Positions 56,510 through 64,000 of a stretch of DNA of 64,000 bases are shown piece by piece. Source of the stretch: an uncultured Rhodospirillaceae bacterium (GTDB taxonomy: Bacteria > Pseudomonadota > Alphaproteobacteria > Rhodospirillales > Magnetospirillaceae); contig CAYOKN010000001.1 of NCBI GenBank assembly GCA_964404545.1, positions 9,669 through 73,668 on the forward strand, given 5' to 3'. The notes under the pieces were generated by a model. The model was not told where the DNA came from, did not search any database, and saw only the letters and a program-made list of their open reading frames with translations. How positions within the stretch are numbered: position 1 is the first letter of the stretch; each line of letters begins with the position of its first letter. The position numbers and the translations under genes were made by a program.

Positions 56510-58284
56510 GATGGTTCTCCCAGAGAGTGGAGGATGGCCGCGCTGTCCACGGGCGCCAGATACGGAACCAGGGCGTCCTGGCCGGATGGCGCGGCCAGGC
56601 CGCGCGCCAGCTGGTCCGCCAGCGCCTGCGGGCCGCGACAGCGATGCACCAGATTCTCGGGCGCCTTGTCGTAATCGATGCGCAGACTGCTGCCCATGAA
56701 GATGGCCGGACGCCCCATGGCCAGGGCGTCAAATACCGCCGCCGAACTGTTGTATAGCAGGATGCTGGGACGCCGCAGCCACTGGCTCAAGCCGTCCGCC
56801 GCATAGGTCAGCCCGTCATGTCCCAGAGCCTCGAGCCGGGCCTTAAGCCTTTCGCGAAAGCTGGCGCTGGTGACCGGGTGGAAGACGACGACCAGGGGCT
56901 GCAGCCCTCCGGCCAACCGTCGCGCCTCGGCAGCACAGTGGGCCAACTCCAGACTCTCCTCGTACTCGATCGAGGTCGCGCATACCAGGGTCACCTCAGC
57001 GCCGGCCTGGGCATTCGCCGCCTCGGGCAGGGAATCGAAACGCAGGGCGCCAGCCACAGCCAGCCGCCGGGCCGGCCAGCCCGCTGCCTGGTACAGGCGT
57101 TCAAAGGCCACACCGCTGACCCAAAGGCGATCGGGCAAGCACCAGTCCGGCAGGTCCGTCCGCCGCAGGAAGTTGAGCGAGGATTCGGCGAAGGGAATAT
57201 GCTGCAGGCCGATCACCCTCACCTGCGGCAAGGCAACCCGCAATCCGTGGGTCAGGCACCGCTCCCAGGACTGGCCTTCATAGGGATGGATCACCACCCG
57301 CGGGTGAATGCCCCGCCTGGCCAGCACGGCACCCACCCGACCATAGAGCCGGGCGCTGCACGGGCGCCAGCTGGCAGCTTCACGGCGCGCTTCCAGCGTA
57401 AGCGCCGCCGCCAGCCACCGAGGGGCTTGGGCAAGCCGGAACCGGGGCCCCCGCCGAACTCCCTCCCGCAGCACATCCCAAGGCGTCAGGCAGTCATCCA
57501 GGAGCAAGGACGGGTCGGCGGCCCGCAGCACGGAGTCGGCCACTTGCGGAAACGGGGCCAGCCAATCCAGTGGCGAAGCAAGGACTCCCACATGGCAGCC
57601 ACCATCCCGCAGAAGGCCCGGCAAGGCTCCGAGATAGGCGTCGCGGCGAACGGGCTCGCGGCCGAAATCCGGACGGGCCCAGAGGGCCAGAAGCACATCG
57701 ACGCCGGCCAGCGCCCCGGGAACCGGCCGGCCCGCCCGCAGGCGCCGCAACTGGCCGAGGCGCCGCAACTGCCTGGCCATCCCACCCAGGCGGGCGCGGA
57801 CCACCTGGCAACCATGATCCCATGCCCGGGCGACGCGCAGCCGCCAAGGGGCCCGGTGCCCGGCCCAGCGGGCCTGGTCATGGGCCCCGAGCAGGGCAAG
57901 CGCCACATCCGGGTCGTCAACCACCAGCCAATGCTCTTCCGCACCGGCTGCCAACTGCTCGGCCAGCCGAAAGCGGGCGGCGTTGGTCATCAGGGTGGAA
58001 TTATAGGGGCTGCGCTCACCCACATCGCTGCCAAGCCATGCCGGGTCGTCGAGCGCCGTGACCAGCCAGGGACCGAGGTTCTGCAGAACCGGCGCCAGCT
58101 CGGCAACCAGCCCGGTCAGCGCCGCCCCCGCATCGGCCCATCGGGCGTCAGCGGCAAAGCCGCTCCGCAGATCGAGCCAATGCTCGTAGCACTCGCCCAA
58201 ATACCACACCACGGCGCCATTCCGGGGCCGTCCCCGGGCGCGGCCGGCCAAAGCATCCGAAGCGGGGACAACGACCAGCGGCAT
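56506..58284 (-). CDS. Large orphan protein (592 aa) with GT-B-like C-terminal half; candidate novel glycosyltransferase
   Basis: I recognise no motif in the N-terminal half. The C-terminal 'LVVVFHPVTS...ILLYNSSAAVFDALAMGRPAIFMG' looks like the donor-binding Rossmann domain of a GT-B enzyme. Confidence 0.55.
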   Translation of the reverse strand: MPLVVVPASDALAGRARGRPRNGAVVWYLGECYEHWLDLRSGFAADARWADAGAALTGLVAELAPVLQNLGPWLVTALDDPAWLGSDVGERSPYNSTLMTNAARFRLAEQLAAGAEEHWLVVDDPDVALALLGAHDQARWAGHRAPWRLRVARAWDHGCQVVRARLGGMARQLRRLGQLRRLRAGRPVPGALAGVDVLLALWARPDFGREPVRRDAYLGALPGLLRDGGCHVGVLASPLDWLAPFPQVADSVLRAADPSLLLDDCLTPWDVLREGVRRGPRFRLAQAPRWLAAALTLEARREAASWRPCSARLYGRVGAVLARRGIHPRVVIHPYEGQSWERCLTHGLRVALPQVRVIGLQHIPFAESSLNFLRRTDLPDWCLPDRLWVSGVAFERLYQAAGWPARRLAVAGALRFDSLPEAANAQAGAEVTLVCATSIEYEESLELAHCAAEARRLAGGLQPLVVVFHPVTSASFRERLKARLEALGHDGLTYAADGLSQWLRRPSILLYNSSAAVFDALAMGRPAIFMGSSLRIDYDKAPENLVHRCRGPQALADQLARGLAAPSGQDALVPYLAPVDSAAILHSLGEPS

Positions 58285-58287
58285 GGG

Positions 58288-59022
58288 CTAGGTCAGGGCG
58301 GCGAGATCCAGGGCCGCCTCCACCTTGGCCACATCCTCCGGAAGGTCGACGGCCACCGAGGCCCCGGAAACGGCAACCATCTGCACCGGAATACCCTGCT
58401 CGAGGAATCGCAGGATCTCGATATCCTCGACCTCCTCCAGGGGCGTCTTGGCCGTTGCCGCCGCAAAGCGGGCCAAAGCCTGGGGCGGGAACCCATAGAT
58501 GCAGACCTGCCGCCACGCCCATTCGAACCGCTGCGTTTTCCCCACCGGGATGCCCGCGCGGGACATGTACAGCAAGCGGCCATCCGGCGCCGCCACCACC
58601 TTAGGCACGTGGGGGCTGCGAAAATCGGCCTCGTCCATGATGGGACACATGGCATTGATGACGGTCCCGGGCTGCCGTTTCGATGCCTCTATGACGGCCT
58701 GGATGTCCCCCGGGGCGATCATGGGTTCATCCCCCTGCACATTCACATAAAGATCGGCCTCAATCTGCAGCGACGCCTCATAGACGCGGTCCGTGCCCGT
58801 CAAGCAGTCGGAGCCGGTGATCACCACCTGCATGCCCTGAGCATGGCAATGGTCGGCGATCCGCTCGTCATCGGTGGCCACATGCACCTGCTCGGGCGGC
58901 AGGGCGGCCACGCACCGCTCCCAGGTCCGCTGCAGCAGGCTCTTGCCCCGGATCATGGCCAGCGGCTTGCCGGGAAAGCGCGAAGACTTGTAGCGGGCCG
59001 GAATGATGATGACGGTCCGCAT
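58288..59022 (-). CDS. KdsB-like CMP-ulosonic-acid synthetase (3-deoxy-manno-octulosonate cytidylyltransferase family)
   Basis: 'MRTVIIIPARYKSSRFPGKPLAMIRGKSLLQRTWE' and 'YVNVQGDEPMI' are canonical KdsB-type strings. Confidence 0.85.
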   Translation of the reverse strand: MRTVIIIPARYKSSRFPGKPLAMIRGKSLLQRTWERCVAALPPEQVHVATDDERIADHCHAQGMQVVITGSDCLTGTDRVYEASLQIEADLYVNVQGDEPMIAPGDIQAVIEASKRQPGTVINAMCPIMDEADFRSPHVPKVVAAPDGRLLYMSRAGIPVGKTQRFEWAWRQVCIYGFPPQALARFAAATAKTPLEEVEDIEILRFLEQGIPVQMVAVSGASVAVDLPEDVAKVEAALDLAALT

Positions 59023-60645
59023 TCAGACCACCGGGGCGTAGAGGGAGGCCTGCGGCACAGGATAGGTGGTCGGCGTCACCGCCACCATGGGAGGCGCGTC
59101 CGGCAAGCCGGCAAAGGCGTTCAGCACCGACACCATCTCCTCCTGCCGTGGATCGCCGGCGCCATATCCATCCACCCCGGCCAGCAGGATCCGCCGCGCC
59201 CCGGCCGCCGTCGCCAAAGCCAGCGCATAGGCAATGGACAGGCCGGCGGGAAGGACGCAGTCACGGGCTCCGACGGCAAACCGGGCCGGCTCGACCCGGA
59301 CGCCGTAATCCAGGACCTGGATGCCCGCCAGACGGTCCCGGACCGACACATCCAGGCTGGCCTGTGGCACCACCAAGGGGGTCCCGAGGCGAGCGAGCCG
59401 CCCGACTTCAAGCAGGATGCGGGTCGGGTTGCAGGCCACATGAGCCAGAACCAGATCCTCGGGAACCGCCTCCACGGTATTGACGGTCAGGACCGCCAGG
59501 CCCTGGCGTCGCACAAGGGCGCAAAGGGCTTCCCTGTGGCGGGAACTGCTGGGGCCCGAGCCGACGATCAGCACGTCCCGCCCCGCCAGCCAGCCGGTGG
59601 CATCCCAGCTGCCGCCGCCCTGATACCCTGCCGCCGTCAAGGCCTGGTCCAGGGTCTTGGCATTGTACGAATGCCCCTTGGCATCCTTCAGGACACGCAT
59701 GGCCGCCAGCATGTCCGGCAGGTCATAGCGTCCCTCGCCGAGCATGGTCTGCACATAGGTCGGATGGATGTTGTGCAAGGCCGCCATGTAATAAAGCGGA
59801 TTGGGGCCCCAGCCATGCTCGACGCGGAGGCGGTCGAACGGCCCCATGGCGAGCGGCAGCAACGGCCCTGCGTCATACCGGCCGAACCCTTGGGCCGCGA
59901 GATTGAGCAGCATCAGCTCCATGCGGGCATTGCCTGCCCCACGGCCCATGCCCTGCAGCGTGGCATCCAACCAGACGGCGCCGGCGGCCAGGGCAGCCGT
60001 CGTGTTCTGCAAGGCCAGCCCCATATTGTCGTGGGCATGAATCCCCAGCGGACCAGTCCAGCCGCCAGCCAGTCCCCGCAGGCACCGCTCCACATCGCCA
60101 GGCGTCATGCTGCCCAGGGAATCCGCGAAATACAACACTTCCACGGCCTGCCAGCCGGCCACGTCCGCGGCGGCCTTGGCCAGGGCCTCGGTGGTCTGGC
60201 GGCTGGCCTGCATCAGATTCAGGCCGACCCGATAGCCCAGCGCCCGCAGACAGTCCACCAACTCGCGGCAGCGGGGCAACTCCTCGAAATGGGTGGCGAT
60301 GCGCACCAGGTCCACGCGCGACTGCGCCTTGGGCCGGAATAGGAGCGTCATCACCGAGGGGATGCCGTCCGGATGACGCAGCACATCAGCCGCATTGATC
60401 ATCACCCCCAGGGTCAGGCCATCGGGGACCGCCAGCCCGTCTATATAGGCATCGGTGGTGAAGGCCAGGGGACCCAGGAACTCATCCTTGGGCGGAAAGC
60501 GGAATCCAAGTTCCACCACGTCCACGCCGGCTTGCCGGCATGCCGTCAGATAGTCCTCGACGAGGTCCTTGGAAAAATCCCAATTGTTGTAGTAACCGCC
60601 GTCCCGAAGGGTGCAGTCCAGAACGCAAATCTCGCGATCGGTCAC
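59023..60645 (-). CDS. Fusion protein: HMGL-like (DRE-TIM) pyruvate aldolase domain + C-terminal sialyltransferase(GT42)/MptE(DUF115)-like domain
   Basis: 'CVLDCTLRDGGY' and 'HAHDNMGLALQNTTAALAAGAVWLDATLQGMGRGAGNA' indicate an HMGL-like aldolase. The C-terminal 'VLIVGSGPSS' and 'LSIAYALALATAAGARRILLAGVDGYG' form the second domain. The start is the in-frame GTG at 60645, preceded by GGGAGA plus 6 nt. Confidence 0.75.
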   Translation of the reverse strand: MTDREICVLDCTLRDGGYYNNWDFSKDLVEDYLTACRQAGVDVVELGFRFPPKDEFLGPLAFTTDAYIDGLAVPDGLTLGVMINAADVLRHPDGIPSVMTLLFRPKAQSRVDLVRIATHFEELPRCRELVDCLRALGYRVGLNLMQASRQTTEALAKAAADVAGWQAVEVLYFADSLGSMTPGDVERCLRGLAGGWTGPLGIHAHDNMGLALQNTTAALAAGAVWLDATLQGMGRGAGNARMELMLLNLAAQGFGRYDAGPLLPLAMGPFDRLRVEHGWGPNPLYYMAALHNIHPTYVQTMLGEGRYDLPDMLAAMRVLKDAKGHSYNAKTLDQALTAAGYQGGGSWDATGWLAGRDVLIVGSGPSSSRHREALCALVRRQGLAVLTVNTVEAVPEDLVLAHVACNPTRILLEVGRLARLGTPLVVPQASLDVSVRDRLAGIQVLDYGVRVEPARFAVGARDCVLPAGLSIAYALALATAAGARRILLAGVDGYGAGDPRQEEMVSVLNAFAGLPDAPPMVAVTPTTYPVPQASLYAPVV

Positions 60646-60671
60646 ACAGTTTCTCCCGTGCTCGCGCCAGG

Positions 60672-62462
60672 CTAATGCAGACCCAGCGCCTGCTGGTCCA
60701 ACATTGTGGCGTACAAGCCTCCGCTGGCAACCAGTTCTTCGTGCGTCCCCTGCTCCACCAACCGACCCTCGCACATAACCAGGATGCGATCCGCCCGACG
60801 CACGGTGGAAAGCCGGTGCGCGACCACCAGAAGGGTATGGTCATGGCGCAGCGATTCAATGGCATCCTGCACCACCCGTTCCGTGACCGTGTCCAGCTGG
60901 CTTGTGGCCTCGTCCAGAATCAGCAGGTCGGGCTGTGCCAGGATCGCCCGGGCAATGGCGATACGCTGCTGCTGGCCACCGGACAGCCGCATTCCCTTCT
61001 CGCCGAGCAGGGTGTCATACCCGTCCGGCATGCCTTCGATGATCTCGTCCACGGCGGCAATGCGGGCCGCCCGCCGCACGGCCTCCATGTCCGCATCCTC
61101 GCGCCCGAAGCGGATGTTGTTGGCGGCTGTGTCATTGAAGATGACGATGTCCTGGCTGACCATGCTGATCCGGCGCCGCCACTCCACGATGTTCAGATCG
61201 CGCAGGTCTTGGCCATCCACCAGGATGCGGCCGGACTGTGGATCGTAGAGACGGGTCAGCAAGGCCATCAGAGTGGACTTTCCGGCCCCCGACGGGCCGA
61301 CCACAGCCACCATGGACCCCTTGGGAATGGTCAGCGAAAGAGACCGGACAGACGGACGGTCGGCGCCCGGATAAGCAAAGTCCACCTCTTCAAGCCGCAA
61401 CTCGCGAGCGAGCCCCGGCACCGCCAGGGCTCCGGTGGGCTGGCGGTGTCGTTCCGCATCGGCCAGAAACTCGTTCAGCAGGCGAAAGGCGTCCAGGTGG
61501 CCGTGGATGGCATTGCGGGCGGCATTGATGCTGGTCACCGGCCCCAGCAGCCGGAACAGCAGAAACAGGAACAGCAGCAGACTGGGCAGCCAGTCGCGCG
61601 ACGGATCACGGCTGGCGTTGGCAATGATCAACAGGCAGATCAGCACGCCGGCCGAGGTGGCCATAAGGGGGCTGGGCAGCACGCCCAGCGACTGGTACCG
61701 CCATTCCGCCTGTGCGAGCCGGTCATAAACGCGACGGAACAAGCGCTCCATAGGGCGCTCGGCCACCGACAGGCGGATCAGCTTCATGCCGTTCATGGTT
61801 TCAAACGACACCTGGTTCAAGGCTTGCTCGGCCGCGCTCCATTCCTGGCCCGACCGCTGCAACGGCCCGCTGGCCAGGCGCCGAACTAGAAGCGACACTC
61901 CCATCAGGAAAATCCCGGCCAGGATGGTCATGGGCACCGACAGCATGGCCATCAAGACACCGTAGATCAGCACCACCAGCCCATTCCAGATGATGTCGCT
62001 GAAGCTCTTAAGCAAAGCACCGACCCGGATGGGCAGGCTGGTGACGGTGCTCATGAACTGGCCGGATTGACCATTGATCACATAGCCCATCTCCAGCCCC
62101 ATCAGGGCGGAGTAACACCGGTTCGCCAGGCGCCGCTTGATCCGGAGCGGCATCAACGCCGCCAACAGCATGGCGCTGTACTGGATCCCCCCGCGCAGGA
62201 TCAGCGCCACCATCAGGGCCGCAGCCGCCCATTGCAGCCGCTGATCCGCCGGCAAACCATCCAGAAGCCCGGCAATCTGGCCGACCACCGGCACATTGGA
62301 CAGGTTCGAGTCGCCACCATCCAGGATGGGCACCAGCAAGGTCACGCTGAGACCCTCGGTCAGCGCCCCCAGCAACGACAGGCACAGGAACCCAATGAAC
62401 AGCGGCCGCTCCTCGCCCAGATAGCGAAGGCATTGCCGGACGAAGAGCGAAAGACTGGTCAA
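60672..62462 (-). CDS. MsbA-like ABC exporter (fused transmembrane and ATPase domains)
   Basis: Six-helix hydrophobic N-terminal half. Walker A 'GPSGAGKST', signature 'LSGGQQQRIAIARA' and Walker B 'LLILDEATS' are present. Confidence 0.92.
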   Translation of the reverse strand: MTSLSLFVRQCLRYLGEERPLFIGFLCLSLLGALTEGLSVTLLVPILDGGDSNLSNVPVVGQIAGLLDGLPADQRLQWAAAALMVALILRGGIQYSAMLLAALMPLRIKRRLANRCYSALMGLEMGYVINGQSGQFMSTVTSLPIRVGALLKSFSDIIWNGLVVLIYGVLMAMLSVPMTILAGIFLMGVSLLVRRLASGPLQRSGQEWSAAEQALNQVSFETMNGMKLIRLSVAERPMERLFRRVYDRLAQAEWRYQSLGVLPSPLMATSAGVLICLLIIANASRDPSRDWLPSLLLFLFLLFRLLGPVTSINAARNAIHGHLDAFRLLNEFLADAERHRQPTGALAVPGLARELRLEEVDFAYPGADRPSVRSLSLTIPKGSMVAVVGPSGAGKSTLMALLTRLYDPQSGRILVDGQDLRDLNIVEWRRRISMVSQDIVIFNDTAANNIRFGREDADMEAVRRAARIAAVDEIIEGMPDGYDTLLGEKGMRLSGGQQQRIAIARAILAQPDLLILDEATSQLDTVTERVVQDAIESLRHDHTLLVVAHRLSTVRRADRILVMCEGRLVEQGTHEELVASGGLYATMLDQQALGLH

Positions 62463-62470
62463 GCCCGCCC

Positions 62471-63616
62471 TCAGCCTTTGGCCGAACAGGCTGACTTCAG
62501 GACCTCGGCCACCCGCGATACCTGCTGCTCGCTCAGGTGGGGGCCGACGGGCAGGGCGATGGAGGTGTCGCTGATCCGGGCCGCATTGGCGAACCGCGCC
62601 GGATCATAGCCGTATTTCTCGCTGTAATAGGTCATGCGGGGCACCGGGGCGGGATAATACACACTGGTTCCCACGCCTTGCTCGGACATGGCCGCCACGA
62701 TTTCCCGACGGCGGGGCGCCAGGTCTTCGGCCAACACGGCCGACAGGCAGTAGTTGCTGTGAACGAAGCGGCCGGTGCCATCGGGCAGCAGGCGCACCGC
62801 GCCGAAGCCCTCGAGAGCGGCGCGCAGCACATCCGCATTGCGGCGCCGCACCGCCAGAAAGTCATCCATGCGCTTGATCTGCACCCGCCCCAGGGCGGCC
62901 TGCAACTCGTTCATGCGATAGTTCAGGCCCAGGGCCACCACGTCATAGGTGCCGGGCACATTGCGCTGGGCGTGGGTCCGGTCCACGCCGAAGGCCTTCA
63001 GCAATTTCAGCTTCTTGGCCAGCTCGGCATCGCGGGTGATGATCATGCCGCCTTCGGCGGTGGTCATGTGCTTGACGGGATAGAAGGAGAAGACACCCAC
63101 ATCGCCCATCAGCCCCGCATGCACGCCGTCGAGCCGGGTGCCCATGGCCAGGGCACAATCCTCGAGCACGAACAGCCCATGGCGCCGGGCGATCTCGTTG
63201 ACTTTCACCATATCCACGGGCAAGCCCAGATAATGCACCACGGCGATGGCGCGGGTCCGCGGGGTGATGGCCGCCTCGATGGCACCGATGTCGATATTGC
63301 CGGTTTCGCCCTCGGCATCCACGAACACGGCCCTGGCGCCGGTCAGTTCGATCGCATGCGCCGTGGCGGTATGGGTTTGCGCCGGGCAGATCACCTCGTC
63401 GCCGGGTCCGAAGCCCAAGGCAAAGTAAACGAGATGCATGCCCGCGGTGCAGGACGACACGGTCACCGCATGCGGTGCGCCGGTCCAGGCGGCGAACTCG
63501 GCCTCGAACAGTTCGGCCTGGGGTCCATGGACCAGGATCGGTCCCGCCAAGACCTCGAGAACCGCGTTGCGCTCTTCGTCACCAATCAGCGGGGCCGCAA
63601 AAGGAATCTTGCTCAT
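62471..63616 (-). CDS. DegT/DnrJ/EryC1/StrS-family PLP sugar aminotransferase
   Basis: 'IPFAAPLIGDEERNAVLEVLAGPILVHGPQAELFE' and 'FSFYPVKHMTTAEGG' (PLP lysine) are present. Confidence 0.9.
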   Translation of the reverse strand: MSKIPFAAPLIGDEERNAVLEVLAGPILVHGPQAELFEAEFAAWTGAPHAVTVSSCTAGMHLVYFALGFGPGDEVICPAQTHTATAHAIELTGARAVFVDAEGETGNIDIGAIEAAITPRTRAIAVVHYLGLPVDMVKVNEIARRHGLFVLEDCALAMGTRLDGVHAGLMGDVGVFSFYPVKHMTTAEGGMIITRDAELAKKLKLLKAFGVDRTHAQRNVPGTYDVVALGLNYRMNELQAALGRVQIKRMDDFLAVRRRNADVLRAALEGFGAVRLLPDGTGRFVHSNYCLSAVLAEDLAPRRREIVAAMSEQGVGTSVYYPAPVPRMTYYSEKYGYDPARFANAARISDTSIALPVGPHLSEQQVSRVAEVLKSACSAKG

Positions 63617-63635
63617 TCAAAGAACCTCGTAAGCA

Positions 63636-64000
63636 TCAGGGCTGCTGCAGGACCGGATATGCGATGTCCACGGGCTGGCCGGTCTGCAAGGACCGCTCGA
63701 TGGCCAGCGACACGGACATGGCATCCACCACATCGCGGCGGCTGACCTCGGGGGTGCCCCCATCCAGGATGGCCCTCACAAAGGCCGGTATCATATCGCC
63801 CTTCGCCGTACCGGGATAGGCATCCTGGACCATCTCGGGCGGAGTTTGCGGATCCCGGGTCCGATAGATGGCCGCCCCCAGCTGGTTGTGGATGAAGCTG
63901 GCCTCGGTGCCGTAGAGGGACAGATTGTGCCAATGGGGAAAGACGCACCCGAAATTGGCCGTGACCTTGCCCACCATGCCGGTATCGAAGCGCAGCAGGG
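63636..64000 (-). CDS. Gfo/Idh/MocA-family oxidoreductase, C-terminal part only (N-terminus beyond window end)
   Basis: The open frame runs to the window edge. 'NLSLYGTEASFIHN...IPAFVRAILDGGTPEVSRRDVVDAMSVSLAIERS' is typical of the C-terminal dimerisation domain. It pairs with the adjacent DegT gene, as in WbpB/WbpE-type pairs. Confidence 0.65.
   Translation of the reverse strand, partial: LLRFDTGMVGKVTANFGCVFPHWHNLSLYGTEASFIHNQLGAAIYRTRDPQTPPEMVQDAYPGTAKGDMIPAFVRAILDGGTPEVSRRDVVDAMSVSLAIERSLQTGQPVDIAYPVLQQP

Noticed and set aside
56818-60342. 1174-aa open reading frame on the plus strand spanning three minus-strand genes
   Set aside because: The translation is dominated by G/R/Q/H/P/A with no recognisable motif. 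The opposite strand encodes three proteins with clear family signatures (orphan/GT-B-like, KdsB-like, aldolase). Long stop-free antisense frames are expected at this GC content.

Overview
High-GC (most 60-nt lines I hand-counted are 60-73% G+C), almost gene-saturated 64-kb piece of one surface-glycan biosynthesis super-locus from a Gram-negative-type genome. An alphaproteobacterial origin is only a guess from composition. I call 56 protein-coding genes, 3 divergent promoter regions and 1 hairpin. I saw no rRNA/tRNA, transposase/integrase, CRISPR or tandem-repeat array. Positions 1-32214 form one uninterrupted minus-strand gene train of 28 genes with many ATGA or 1-nt start/stop overlaps. It encodes a dTDP-3-amino-6-deoxyhexose branch (RmlA, RmlB, FdtA-like isomerase, DegT), Wzx/Wzy-type membrane proteins, three GT4-like transferases and WecB. 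It also encodes a CDP-6-deoxyhexose branch (RfbF, RfbG, cupin, SDR), three AsnB-type amidotransferases, a sugar N-formyltransferase, a PP-loop N-acetyl-sugar amidotransferase and a NeuB-type synthase. Positions 32.2-64 kb consist of short divergent and convergent operons. These carry pseudaminic-acid genes (PseB, PseC, PseG, a PseH-like GNAT), a second NeuB-type synthase and two CMP-type cytidylyltransferases. They also carry two B12-binding radical-SAM enzymes, an ATP-grasp ligase, a NodU/CmcH carbamoyltransferase, several methyltransferases, an MsbA-like ABC exporter and three large orphan proteins. The observations most worth a second look are: (1) an AAC(3)-like/FkbH/GNAT-like protein coupled to a MaoC-SDR-ACP protein, which looks like a polyketide-style acyl-arm factory inside a sugar locus; (2) an HMGL-type aldolase fused to a sialyltransferase/MptE-like domain; (3) an eight-gene operon around the second NeuB that predicts a C-methylated, carbamoylated, amide-decorated ulosonic acid; (4) three AsnB paralogues with no uronic-acid dehydrogenase in the window; (5) radical-SAM modules paired with aminopeptidase-like and FkbM partners; (6) a sharp intragenic GC trough. 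All family assignments come from reading motifs in the supplied translations. No database search was possible.
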